Made by a program: the position numbers and the translations under genes. The notes below the pieces were generated by a model. It was not told the origin of the DNA. It saw nothing but the letters and a program-made list of their open reading frames with translations, and searched no databases. 64,000 nucleotides of DNA, from contig OX597822.1 of NCBI GenBank assembly GCA_951406725.2, positions 54,870,001 to 54,934,000 on the forward strand, written 5' to 3'. Of this stretch, positions 13,170 to 25,732 are shown one piece after another. How positions within the stretch are numbered: position 1 is the stretch's first letter; every line of letters starts with the position of its first letter. The stretch is from Octopus vulgaris. Its lineage: Eukaryota.

Positions 13170-13944
13170 ATGGTATTTTCTGTAGTAGAAGGACCACACT
13201 TTGCTCTTAAGTGGCCCTTCTGACCATATTTGAAACAACGAGGTTTCCTCCCCTCGACTTGAATTTTCAACACTACTTCACCCACGTGCATCCTATCAGG
13301 GATCTCCTCCAAGTCCCATGGTGTCGCCTGAATCAACATTTCTACGCTCTGCTCTAGCCAGTTCTGTGGGGGCAGATCTAGTGATTTGCAAGATGTTGAT
13401 TTTTTATTTTCATGCTTTGCACAGAACCGTCACCGCTCAGGCGAAGTCTATCTTAGATGGCACTTCTTGCATTTTATCTGGAACATTCTTCGTCCCAGAT
13501 ATGCAGGCAGAAGTACCACCTCGTCTGTCCTTAGGGTCTGTATCGAGTGCTCACAAGCCTTTTCTTCGTTTATGAAACGTACCTACACAGCGGCAAACTT
13601 TTTGCCTCGAGCCATATATGTAATGTCCTTACTGACCCGAGGCATTTTTCGATCTTCTCCACTGGTATATTTTTTATTATTTTATTTTCCAAAGCGTAAG
13701 ATTTGTACACGATTATTTTGTTCGTCCGAATTGTTATTTCACTCGGTGCGGTGATGCGGACGTCTTCTCCGTTCACCGACAACATCCCGTAAAATGCCTG
13801 ATATTCTGTTCTTGGTATCTTCAAAGATCCATTTTGTACTGCGGCTGCCGCTGCAAAGCTAGCTGTACCTACCATATTTGGTACCTCTTCTATAGTCATC
13901 CATTCGTTGATGATTTCAACTGGTATTATAAAACAAATTGGCAT
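13170..13944 (-). pseudogene. Decayed non-LTR retrotransposon ORF1 (gag-like) with CCHC zinc knuckle
   Basis: ..EEIPDRMHVGEVVLKIQVEGRKPRCFKYGQKGHLRAKC (degenerate CX2CX4HX4C preceded by an L1/Tx1 ORF1-type pattern); broken frames. Confidence 0.65.
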
Positions 13945-14640
13945 TTTTTTTCCAAAAAATTAATTCTCTTCAATGGGAATTTAAATAAATTTATCTCGCA
14001 CAAGAGAGGTGAACAGTTCAAATACTGTCGAGGAAGGAACACAATTCAAACAAGCCTGAAACAGGCTACAGTTCATGAAAACAAAGCAGCACGGATTCAA
14101 ATCCTTCCCCTGTAGGTGTAAGCACAGTTTCAACAAAACCCCTACTAAGCAGGCAACAGTTTACAACATTAGTTTTGAAACACCAATACCTTAGTACAAC
14201 CAAAAATCCTCCAAGCGCATATGACACTCTTCTTAAACTGTTCTGCGCATGCTCATTTATACTAATTAGTATAGTTCACTTAGCTAATCACGGAGATGTA
14301 CAGATTCCCCATACAACTGTCTTGTAAGTCATTATCCAATGTATCCTTGAATTCTTTATGACACTGCAGTGTGGTTAGCGGAACATTTGGCTGGTATTTC
14401 TATCAGTCTGAGTGACTGCATATAGATAGTCTCAATTGTTCGAGTTGTGTCTAAGTATGTTAAGATTGGATATAATGTGTGCGTATGTGTGCGATGTGTA
14501 TGATGTATGTATATAAGTATGAGATGTGTGTCTATATGTAAGGTGTATGTATTTATGAGGAATGTGTGTACACGAAATGTGTGTATATATGAAGTGTACA
14601 TATATGTGCGTGGGGTGCGTGTATATATGAGGTGTATATA

Positions 14641-14857
14641 TTCTTTTATTCTTTTACTTGTTTCAGTCATTTGACTGCGGCCATGCTGTGGCACCGCCTT
14701 AAAGCGTTTCTAGTAGAAGAAATCTACCCCAGGACTTACTCTTTGTAAGCCTAGCACTTATTCTATCGGTCACTTTTGCCGAACTACTAAGTTACGGGGG
14801 CATAAACACACCAGAAACGGTTGTCAAGCGATGGTGGGTGGACACACACACACATGT

Positions 14858-14933
<76 letters not shown>

Positions 14934-15035
14934 GACGGGCTTCTTCCAGTTCCGCCAACCAAATCCACTCACAAGGCTCTGCCCGAGGCTATTGTAGAAG
15001 ACACTTGACCAAGATGCCACGCTATGGGACCGAAC
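14641..15035 (-). mobile_element. SINE family A, 5'-truncated
   Basis: Reverse complement of family A body and tail. Confidence 0.85.
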
Positions 15036-15721
15036 CTACACCTATATGTGTATGAAGTGTTTGCACACCTTTTTCTGTTTTTATATTTTTTACTTGTTTT
15101 ACTCATAAGACTGAAACACCGCTTTGAAGAATTTTTAGTCGAATAAATCGAGTCCGGTACTCTCGTTTTCTTTTTTTTTTTTCGTCTTTAGCCAGATCTT
15201 TGTGGTTTGTATGACTGTCTCCAATTTTGCTCCAATTGTTTTCAGACTTTTATGGATCAAGTTTTGTATACTAACTATGAAGATGAAAACAATTTTTCTT
15301 ATAAATTTATGATTAAAAAGTTATTATCCTTTAAAGATTGCAAAATTTGGGTATCTTAGCCAATCAGAAGCGAGTATTTTCCACACCACTGTAAAGTTCT
15401 GTAAGCAAAGACCCCGGTTTCTATAGTAACCAAGGAGTGTAACCAACAAACATATATGGATATTTGTTTGTTTTCGCCCTTCCACCCTCTCGCTACTGTG
15501 ACAGATAATGGAAGAGCCAGCGAACACAGTTTTTTGATTGGCTGATAATTATGAAAATTATCAAACTTTGAACACTTGTAACATTTTCGCAATATTTTTC
15601 TGGAATAAATGAATAAGAAATTCGGATTCGGCGTCACAAATTACATCTATATGCTATACTCTCTTGATTCAGTCATGTGACTGTGGCCATGCTGGAGCAC
15701 CGCCTTTAGTTGAGCAAATCG

Positions 15722-16265
15722 GCGAATTACGTCGATTATATCGACCCCAGTGCGTAACTGGTATTTATTTAATCGACCCCGAAAGGATGAAAGGCAAAGT
15801 CGACCTCGGCGGAATTTGAACTCAGAACGTAGCGGCAGACGAAATACCTATTTCTTTACTACTCACAAGGGGATAAACACAGAGAGGACAAACAAGGACA
15901 GACATAGGTATTAAGTCGAATACATCGACCTCAGTACATAACTGGTACTTAATTTATCGACCCCGAAAGGATGAAAGGCAAAGTCGACCTCGGCGGAATT
16001 TGAACTCAGAACGTAGCGGCAGACGAAATACCTATTTCTTTACTACTCACAAGGGGATAAACACAGAGAGGACAAACAAGGACAGACATAGGTATTAAGT
16101 CGAATACATCGACCTCAGTACATAACTGGTACTTAATTTATCGACCCCGAAAGGATGAAAGGCAAAGTCGACCTCGGCGGAATTTGAACTCAGATCATAA
16201 CGGCAGAGGAAATACCGCTAAGCATTTCGCCCGGTGTGCTAACGATTCTGCCAGCTTGCCGCCTT
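15722..16265 (-). mobile_element. SINE family B trimer (one head, 184-bp repeated bodies)
   Basis: GAAATA|CC registers at 15847, 16031, 16215. Confidence 0.92.
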
Positions 16266-16544
16266 CGTACTACATGTGCTGCGCCTGCGCCTGCTCCTAA
16301 ATGTGATATCTCTTATGATAATGTATGTATATATGATGTGCGCATGTATGTGAGGTGTGTGGTATACGTGATGTATGTATATGTGTTAGGAGTGTGTATG
16401 TAAATATGTATGAGTTTTATGTATGCGTATGATCGAGGAAGAGGGGGAAGGGGGTGTATGTGGGTAACTTTGTCTCTATCGCTCATTTGACCTTGATGAC
16501 CTTTTTATCATGAGCCATGAAACTAATTAAGATATTCATGAATG

Positions 16545-17359
16545 ATAGTGGTGGTGGTGGTGGTGGTGGTGGAAGAGGGGGAGGAGGAGGAAGAGGAGGA
16601 GGTGGTGGTGGTAGTGATGTTGATGGTCGTGGTGGCGGTGACAAGGATGATGATCATGTTGGTGTTGATGATGGTGATAATCGTGGTGGTGGTGGTGGTG
16701 ATGGTGATAATGATGATGATGATGGTGGTGGTGGTGGTGGTGATGGACGTGATGGTGATGGTGGTGGTGATGATGGTGATAATCATGGTGATGGCTGTGG
16801 GTGGGGGTGGGGGTGATGGTGTTGGTGACGATGATGATGATGATGATGATCATGATGACGATGATCATGATGACGATGACGATGATAGCGATAGTGGTGT
16901 TGGTGGTGAGTGCCTAATAGAAGTGATAATATTCGTTTTAGTGGTAGAGAGAGCAGTAGTAGTTTTGGTAGCGTTGGAGGTGGAAGTGATGGTCGTGAGC
17001 ATGATGGTGGTGGTGGTGGTGGTGGTGGTGGTGGTGGTGGTGGTGGTGGTGGTGGTGGCGGTGGTGGTTGCGGTGGTTGTGGTTGCGGTGGTGGTTGCGG
17101 CGGCGGTGGTGGTGGTGGTGGTGGTGGTGGTGGTGGCGGTGGTGGTGGTGGTGGTGGTGGTGGTGGTGGTGGTGGTGGTGGTTGTGGTGGTGGTGCTGAT
17201 GGTTGCGGTGGTGATGGTGGTGGTGGTGGTGGTGGTGGAGAAGTGATGATGATGGTAACTAGTGTGATGGCATTGGTAGCAATGGTCGTGATGGTAGTCG
17301 TAGTGACGTTCGTGGATGTGCAAGCGACTATGCACTGATACACACACGCACTCACTCAC

Positions 17360-17404
<45 letters not shown>

Positions 17405-17430
17405 CACACACACACACACTCACACACACA
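16545..17430. repeat. GGT/GAT/GGA trinucleotide low-complexity tract followed by (CA)n
   Basis: Directly visible; gives poly-G/V/T/P/H pseudo-ORFs. Confidence 0.93.
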
Positions 17431-17690
17431 TATTCTAAGCTTCATTTAGGAAAACTTCACAACTTTGTAAATCAACCGGACACGAAACTGCAACAATTCA
17501 AATTTATTCAAAGTATGACCAAGTTACCCATTTACATCCTCGATGACTCACATTAAAACTCAAGCACACATACGCACACACACATACGCTCGCGCGCCTG
17601 CACATCTCTACAAGCCAATTTACTACTAAAACGATTCAAATTCATTGCCCATCGCTACTAACCATAACCAAGTTACTCCTTTACATCCTA

Positions 17691-17928
17691 AGGCGGCGAG
17701 CTGGCAGAATCGTTAGCACGCCGGGCGAAATGCTTTGTGGTATTTCGTCCGCCGCTGCGTTCTGAGTTCAAATTCCGCCGAGGTCGACTTTGCCTTTCAT
17801 CCTTTCGGGGTCAATAAATTAAGTACCAGTTACGCATTGGGGTCGATTTAATCGACTTAATCCCTTTGTCTGTCCTTGTCTGTTCCCTCTATGTTTAGCC
17901 CCTTGTGGGCAATAAAGAAATAAGAAAT
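17691..17928 (+). mobile_element. SINE family B, full length with TSD
   Basis: Head GGCGGCGAGCTGGCAGAATCGTTAGC, B-box GAGTTCAAATTCC, central GCCTTTCATCCTTTCGGGGTC domain; flanked by duplicated ..CCTTTACATCCTAA. Confidence 0.92.
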
Positions 17929-18209
17929 AAGTAATCCCTTTACATCCTAAATAATTTACCCCCCCCCCCCCACGGGCCAATTAGTACTCATTCTCAGACT
18001 TCATCTTCTGTTCCGCACTCCTTTCTTCTACAATTACTTGGCAAACAATCATCCACCTCTACTCGGAGTATCTGCCAATTATAACCACAACACACTTCAA
18101 TGAATAAAGCAAAACTCACTTTCTAATCTAGCCCCTAATCTCATTTTACCAACCACCTTTTCTCATTCTTTTTACCCACCCCACCCCATTTTTTCACATT
18201 CTTTAATTT

Positions 18210-18245
18210 TTTTCTGATGAAAGACTAGCGTCAGAAACATCAATA
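18210..18245 (+). ncRNA. Minimal hammerhead-like motif of Penelope-like family P1
   Basis: CTGATGA AA GAC TAGC GTC A GAAACATC; downstream ..CTAATACA(T/A)TTG as in the 54833 copy; helix I weak. Confidence 0.45.
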
Positions 18246-18339
18246 CTCTTTTCCTTGTTTTTAAGTGCTAAACTAATACATTTGTTAAAACTTAGTCCTC
18301 CCGTATTGTCTTCTTTATGTGTTTGTTGCCTAATTTTTT

Positions 18340-19340
18340 TGTAAAGAGTTCCAACAAGAAACAGCATTCAGAGATTCAAATATATCAGGCTTTTGCAACA
18401 CCACAATCACCAACATGAACACTGCAGTAGATTCATTCACTAAAATAATTATAAACGCATCTAAAAACATATCCCAGGGAGCAACATAAAAGGTAGAACA
18501 AAAATTGCAAAACATGAGATATCTAATCGCAAAAGAAACTTGAGCCAGTTTCAAGCACAATTGACCTAAAAGCACAAACAAAGAAATTTCAATGTCAAAC
18601 AACAAAACAAGGATAGAACGTAAATAATCTCTCTATATATAAACGGCAGTTTGTCTGTGTGTCTGTTAGGTTGTACCCTCACCCTGACCACGGCTTTCAA
18701 CCGATTCTGATGAAACTTGACACACACATAGCCCAATGTCATAATTCAAAACTAACGCAGCGAAAATTTTGAAAAGTTCTCCCAGTTCTGAAAAAAATCG
18801 ATAAATTCGACATGGGGTCGAGAATCAGAAACACAAACCACAGACTGTCATGGGGACGCAACTCGACCTTTTTAACTAAAAAAAAAAATTTACCATCGTT
18901 TTTTTTCCATTTTTTTGCTATAACTCTCTAAAAATGCTTTATAGTTATTTCCCTTACAAACCCGAGCAACGCCGGGCGATACTGCTAGTAAACGATAAAA
19001 AAAATCCAGAAAGACATTTGTGTCAAGCTTCAACAACAGAACAAACAGTAAAATATTATGTAGAGTAATAGGTATCAACAACAACAACAACGACTGTCAA
19101 ACTTCACCCAATATTGCAATAATAAAACATAAGAACATCCTCATACATCGATGGCATCATACTCACTCTTTCGAAATTCTCCAAAGACTTTTGGCACAAC
19201 GATCCTTAATCTCCTTAAGTCACCCGGAAACCTGGTTCTACGACAGTCTTAAAGCGCTACCTGTCAAATCCATTGCCTCCCTTGTTACCAACAACATTAG
19301 AGAACATCGTATAGAACCAACCATCACACTCAGCAATATA
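18340..19340 (+). pseudogene. Decayed LINE ORF2 fragment (endonuclease-RT linker), interrupted by a Helitron
   Basis: Peptides AVDSFTKIIINASKNI and TFVSSFNNRTNSKILCRVI resemble I/Jockey-group linker regions. Confidence 0.4.
18628..18988 (+). mobile_element. Non-autonomous Helitron, complete
   Basis: 5' TC(TCTCTATATATAA), GTCTGT repeats, AACCGATTCTGATGAAAC, 3' hairpin CCCGAGCAACGCCGGG, terminal CTAG, inserted between A and T with no TSD. Confidence 0.9.
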
Positions 19341-19347
19341 GACATAC

Positions 19348-19572
19348 CTATTTCTTTATTACCCACAAGGGGCTAAACACAGAGGGAACAAACAAGGACA
19401 GACATAGGTATTAAGTCGATTACATCGACCCCAGTGCGTAACTGGTACTTAATTTATCGACCCCGAAAGGATGGAAGGCAAAGTCGACCTCGGCGGAATT
19501 TGAACTCAGAACGAAGCGACAGACGAAATACCGCTAAGCAATTCGCCCGGCATGCTAACGTTTCTGCCAGCT
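19348..19572 (-). mobile_element. SINE family B
   Basis: Family consensus; ACATACC on both flanks. Confidence 0.9.
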
Positions 19573-19649
19573 CACACATACCGCACACACATACAGGGTG
19601 CTACGTATAGCATCTCTACAGCATTCACAAGACACATTATGGTGAAAGT

Positions 19650-19842
19650 GATCGCGACATCACTGGTGCCAAGCAGTATCAGCCTTTGCCTTTCCCTTCG
19701 ATAACACTGGTGACGTGGAGAGGGGAGGCTAGTATGCATGGGCGACTGCTGGCCTTCCACAAAACAACCTTGCCCGGAGTTGTGCCTTGGAAGGCAACTT
19801 TCTAGGTGCAATCCCATGGTCATTCATGACCGAAGGGGGTCT
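19650..19842 (+). mobile_element. Unclassified interspersed repeat (second copy at 63332-63555)
   Basis: CGACATCACTGGTGCCAAG..GCCTTTGCCTTTCCCTT..GGCGACTGCTG shared between the two loci. Confidence 0.7.
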
Positions 19843-21457
19843 CCTCCTCCGATGGCGCATATAGTTGGGTTTGAGATTATCTTTGTTGAAAGCATAAATA
19901 TAGAGTTAGAGGCGAAGTTGTTAGCGCTGGCGGAGAACTTTTGAACGAGTTTCACTTTTATCAAATTTATGAATTTATTTGATGTAACTAGGCACATTGG
20001 TTTATGGGTCATGCCTCGTCGATCAGTCACCTGCGTACCATAGGACTGAGTAATCACGGCTGATTTGGGCTATATAACAATAACAGTCAAGTTACTTTTT
20101 GTCTCCAGTATAACGTGGTCGTAATTATAACTGTATGCTTAGCCTATCCATTTATGAAATATGAAAGGGTAGAAGTATCCCAAGGAGTTATTTCATTTTA
20201 TAATTATGTAAAAGAAGGCAAAATTGGATTACAAATATAAGTAGAACAGTCAGAGTTACCATATTTGACCAAAAAGAAGGAACAGTAAACATTAGATCCA
20301 TCAAGAACTTCTTGATCTCCCTGGAGCCACAGATCCACAGATCACCGACACCACCGAAGAATAGTATATATTTTTAACCCCCACGGTCACTGTCACTACA
20401 TGATAAATTTCCTCCAAGTACCTGGACACATATACTACACCCCAGAGCACTACAACGCCACCACCACCAACAACAGCAACAACAAAACTTATTCTTTCAC
20501 TTATCCTAGACATGGATAAGGAAATAGCCACAACATCCATACTCTCACTGGATTCAGACACTAGACTGCTACACATACTATGAACAACAAGTGCAAGGGA
20601 GCAGCAAGTGTAATATTCAAACTAAGTCTACCTTGGCCACATCCTGTGAAATTTACCTGGCAATAGAGACAATGCAAGATGTGAAAACTATTTCACTGTA
20701 CGTCATCACCATACTGTTCATGACTACATGTGGGAGTATGCAATATGGAACTCAACTACAGGTAGACATAGTATAACTGGGAACAAGGATTTATGGGATG
20801 CACCTCGTCGTTCACTTAACCAGCAGTAAGTCATAGGACTGAGCGATCACGGCTGACCTGGGGGATACACAGCAATAATAAGGAAGTTATTTTTGTATCC
20901 ATTCTTATGAGATCGTAAAAAAGAAGTAGAGGATCGGCCCATTCATTTAACATTTGCTGTAATTTGAAAACAATATCACCATTTTATTTCGATAATAAGT
21001 GCTGGATCTTTAGAAGTTGACTTAACTATTCTAACTGTACTAATTGTTGATTAATTTTCCTCATAACAAAAGCACTATTACATATAATAACTGTCATATG
21101 TGAACTGTACCCCATGATGTATCTTACTTCAGATTTGTAGAGAACCAACAACTGATGAAGGCCGATGTATTTTTGACTCTAAGAGATTAATATTCTTTAT
21201 TTATTTAATTTTGTGATAAAATTGCAGTGACTGTATATTTGCGGGGCTGACATCACAGATTTTGAAACCTAATGTTTGCAATACATTTTAAGGTTTTAGC
21301 TGTGTGAAAAAGAGACGAGGAACACGATTGCTAGTAACTATGTCTTTGAAATATTGCAGGAGACCAGGTTGTATGTCTCCACTGAAGTATGTCCTTGTGC
21401 CCTTCGTTCCTTGATTCAGTGTAAGGCTGGAAGGAGGCGCTTGTTTTTGCGTATTAA

Positions 21458-23874
21458 CCCTTGGTCTACCTGAGAAAATGAATGTCACTAATTACCAACT
21501 GGGTCTAATGGACTCAATATTTTTCTTTTAATTAAATTTTATTCAAACTACCACTATTTCTTAGCTATATTATATATTCTATCAGGTGAATGAAGAATTA
21601 CCGTTTCTCACAAATTTTAATTAAAAAAAAGATACAACTTACAGAATATAATATAAATCAAAAATTACAAAAATACAGAATCACAGCTCTTCATAAATGT
21701 AGACACCATTGGAATGTTCTTGGCAAACATGGATATTACAATTCTTACATGTAACACAAGTTTTCCTATCTGATTTTTAGGCCACACAAAGAACATCTTC
21801 CTTTTTTCTTTGGCTGAGGAATCTCAAATGAGGCTGAAGATCGTCTTCTTTTCTTGTTTGGTTGAAAAACGTTAGCGGAACTAGAAGATCGTTTATCACT
21901 TTCTTGCTTAGCATTAACTCCAGCAAGCTCCTCTCTTAACTGAATTAGGCACTGTCTTCTTTTATCCTAGAAACTTTGCAAGTGAAGCTGTTTAGCAACA
22001 ATGAAAGCATTCACTGCACTTATATCAATCATGTTGTAGAATATAACCATAGGCCATCTTCGGGTCATTCTTTTGCAAGTGTATGTCCTTACCATCTTAT
22101 CTAGGATATCTACTCCTGCTTTTGTTTTGTTGTAACATGTAATAACTTCAGGTTTCTTTTCAGCACTTTTTGAATCAATTAAAAACTGAGAGTGCATTGT
22201 ACTCATAAGTATGACAGCATAATTTTTCTTGGGACAATAAGATAGGATCATCGAATCCTTTTGAAATCCAAATATTATGCTGTTGATTTCTCTTACTTTT
22301 CCATTTGTGAAATCACTTGGAAGTTCAACTCTGTTCTTTCTAATTGTTCCGACTAAAGTAGTTTTCTTGCTAAGCAGCTTTCGAGCCAATCCTAGACTTG
22401 TAAAAACATTATCACAAATTATATTGCGACCAGTATTTTAAAGTTCTTTTACTAGGTCTTCAACAACTCTTGAGCCTTGTTTTGTCTTTACCCTTTTTAC
22501 TGGGTCTTTTCCAGTGTAGATTTGCATTTTCCAGGCATAAGATGTTTCACTGTCGCATATTGCCCGAATTTTAATTTCATATTTTCCTGGTTTTGAAGGA
22601 ATATGTACCCGGAATGGGCAGCGTCCTCTGAATGAAGCTAATTGTTCATCAGCTGTCATGCATGAACTTGGAACATATCCATCTTGCAAATTTTGATTCC
22701 ACATTTCAAATACTTCTCTTATTGGCTCCAATTTATCATCACTTCTCTTTTTTTCTTCTTGCACTAGCATCATCAAAAACGCAATACTTGTAAAATCTGT
22801 TGAAATCTTCCCCGGCTCATAATTTTGTTGAAGGTAACCACCTTCTTGGCTCCATAACTGTGTGACATTTTCATGTTTAGATTTATAAACACATATAAGA
22901 ATAAACAGTCCAATAAATTTCTTTAGTTCAGAGTGGTCAATTTCCTTCCATTTATCTTTCCGTTTACGAATTACTTCAAGAAGATTCTGGCGCATAAAGA
23001 TAGTAAAACATGTTTGAATGCTATCGCATGACCTTTTAGTAAAACGGGATGGTCTTCATTCTTGGCGCACGATATTGCAAGATGAAGTTCTTACTGCTGC
23101 TTGAGTAAGATGATTAGAATGCCAAATATATCGCTCATTCATAATTGGGTGGCTTGCAGATAATTTTTTTTTTTTAGTATCTTCCTCATCTGATGACACA
23201 GAACCTAAACTGTGCAACATGCAATCACATTCACCATCATCTTCAGATCAATAGAAGGAATAACTGCTATCTTCTTCCCATTCTTCATCTAATTCCAATA
23301 ACCTTTTCAATATTTGGTCTTCACTCAAGTTTTCTCGTCTAGGCATATTGGAAAGCACAACTGAACTATATGAAGCTTGATAGCAGACCAAATGCAGATA
23401 TTGCTCTCTCACATAGTTATACTCTCCTGAAAGATGATGCAATATATTGCAAGGATTGCGTCATCATATAGAAATATTGAATCACCCTATAACCTAGTAG
23501 ATTGAAGGTGATGCATTACCACACAAATTTATAGGAATATTTTCATAATTTTATATAAAATTCAGCAAAGAAATTGAATACAATTTTATCTATTCTATAT
23601 CTGATAAATATCTGTTTAGATATCTGTTTAGAATGACAAAAGTATTGTCTGAATTTAATTCGAGGGTCCAATGGACCCATACGGTAATTGATGTATGAAG
23701 CGGAATTTTCTAGCTTTTATAAACATAGGGAAAATTTCCCATTTGATAGATAAAAGAGAGTCAATAAAAATAAGAGTCACGAGAAATCAGCAGAATCAAA
23801 TAATAGAAACAGTAGGAAAAAGTAACTGAAAAATACTGAAATGGGTCCATTGAACCCATTGGTAGACAGAAGGT
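21458..23874 (-). mobile_element. Full-length decayed piggyBac DNA transposon
   Basis: TTAA at 21454-57 then CCCTTGGTCTACC; right end GGTAGACAGAAGGT then TTAT (decayed TTAA); subterminal GGGTC..TGGAC repeats. Confidence 0.88.
21690..23346 (-). pseudogene. piggyBac (PGBD4-like, DDE_Tnp_1_7) transposase with Cys-rich C terminus; frameshifted
   Basis: CMTADEQLASFRGRCPFRVHIPSKPGKYEIK; RNIICDNVFTS; LVGTIRKNR; YNKTKAGVDILD..RRWPMVIFY; C-terminal CVTCKNCNIHVCQEH. Confidence 0.92.
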
Positions 23875-23878
23875 TTAT

Positions 23879-24045
23879 GACGTTTATATGTGGAAGGTGA
23901 ACGGAAAGGAAAGAAAGTTATGAAATGCATTGGAATGTACGTTGTTAGATGGAGCACCAAGTAGCTTGTCAATACACTGAAGGAAGAGTTTGGGAGATAT
24001 TATTGAACGTTGGGGTTCACCAAAGTCACTAGATTTTTCATTGAC
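23879..24045 (-). pseudogene. Old LINE RT remnant into which the piggyBac inserted (probably continues at ~21300-21453)
   Basis: Minus strand GEPQRSIISPKLFLQCIDKLL resembles the GVPQGSxLSPxLF RT motif. Confidence 0.45.
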
Positions 24046-24185
24046 AAAATCCACAGTGCTACGATTTTACAGAAGCTGCAATGTTGAAATTCTGCCTAGA
24101 TCAACTTTATCGATCAACTAGATCGATAAAATGAAGTGCCGGTCACATACTGAGGTCGATATAATCGACTATTTCTCTCACTCGT

Positions 24186-24263
<78 letters not shown>

Positions 24264-24648
24264 ATTCTCTCTCTCTCTCAGGTCACTTGCCTATATTGCC
24301 GTATCTCGTCATTTAACTTTTCAATCGATTTAAACTGTAGACTTTCTTCCTTGCGTTTCTTGCCAAAAATTGTCATAAAGCTAGGATTTTTGTTTTCGAT
24401 AAAGTTCAGTTGATTTCTATATAACCAGAGTAGCATGCACTCGATGTATATACATCATAAGGCAGGGGTCTCACATATGTAATATCTATGTATGTTGTCA
24501 GGTCTTTTCTTTGATCTCATTTGAAATAATTTTGAACAGTGCAAAACCAGCTGAGGTTAAAAATTATGTTGTAATGTTGTTATATGATTCTATCTCGATT
24601 TTTAGAAGACACGGGAACCAATCTCTAAGCGATTTGCTAATTTTATAC

Positions 24649-24877
24649 GGCGAGCTGGCAGAAACGTTAGCACACCGGGCGAAATGCGTAGCCATATTTC
24701 GTCTGCCGTTACGTTCTGAGTTCAAATTCCGCCGAGGTCGACTTTGCCTTTCATCCTTTCGGGGTGGATTAAACAAGTACCAGTTACGCACTGAGGTCGA
24801 CATAATCGACTTAATCCGTTTGTCTGTCCTTGTTTGTCCCCTCTGTGTTTAGCCCCTTGTGGGTAGTAAGGAAATAG
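24649..24877 (+). mobile_element. SINE family B with TSD GATTTGCTAATTTTATAC
   Basis: Family consensus; duplicated flanks. Confidence 0.92.
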
Positions 24878-25469
24878 ATTTGCTAATTTTATACTGCCAT
24901 TGACAGAATCGATATTCCATCAATTGATACTCCATCAATTTCATCAACACTTTCTAAATGATGCGGATATCAAGTTCACAAATCACCTAAGACTTGGTTC
25001 CTCCACCCCTTGCCATATGCTCCCACTATAAAACATCAAGCACACATTACATAACATACATTGCAACACAACTTTATTTTGTCTCAGGTGGTCTAGCCTT
25101 ATCTAACGTTATCTTGTAATTGAGCAAAAAAAAAGACCCCTATAACATTCAAATGGTACCTAGACAAACAAACCACCGACATCCAGATACATTTTGGCAG
25201 ACACAAGTCCCTACTTGAGTGTGCTTTGATGCCCCTAATACAAAACTTAAAATACCACTCCAGGTGAAGCTTTCAAATTTGACATAGCCAGAACCTGTCT
25301 AAGTTATCTAAGTTTGATAGCTCATAAGGTAGGATCTCACATATATAAAACGAGCAAAACCTATGGACAGTGCTGAGTTGTCCAACATTTAAACCAAATT
25401 TTCTCAAAACAACTTGTCTAACCGTCCCATTTTGTGACATTATTTCAAGCCAACCGGTTCTTTTTGCGC

Positions 25470-25732
25470 AAACTGCACGTGCATTTTTCTCGCGTACGCG
25501 TAGTATCGATCGCAACAGCTGATGTACTTGCGCGTACAAATGCACGTTCCCACGGCTTTATCGATCGCATTCTCATTTGGAATCGATTTTTGTAATTTTT
25601 TCAAGACTTATACACGCCCTGATACCGTCGGTATCTACTTATCAAATTTGAGCGCAATCGGATGGAGGATGGAGGATGCCCGAGACCCTAGAAGACACAC
25701 ACAGACAGACAGAACGGATTTTATATAATAGA
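25470..25732 (-). mobile_element. Non-autonomous Helitron 5' part, 3'-truncated
   Basis: Minus strand A|TCTATTATATAAAATCCGTTCTGTCTGTCTG..CCGATTGCGCTCAAATTTG; no CTAG end found. Confidence 0.65.

Larger units (their letters stand above)
11397..13170 (-). pseudogene. Decayed Ty3/Gypsy pol fragment (protease end, RT, RNase H)
   Basis: FGTDWMETFKLWDL; NKIRVCADF; YPLPSPEEIFAKL..LDLSEAYL; AFPYLDDIL near 12140; [56 protein letters not shown]; many stops and frameshifts. Confidence 0.9.

Noticed and set aside
16517-17419. Poly-Gly/Val/Pro/Thr/His ORFs resembling structural or extensin-like proteins
   Set aside because: A (GGT)/(GAT) trinucleotide tract open in most frames; no splice or codon evidence.
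20290-20600. Thr/Pro-rich stretch resembling a mucin-like exon
   Set aside because: Plus-strand frames are interrupted by stops; no recognisable domain or splice support.
21150-21275. CTGATGAAGGC as a hammerhead core
   Set aside because: No matching stem II closure or properly placed GAAA/UH found downstream.
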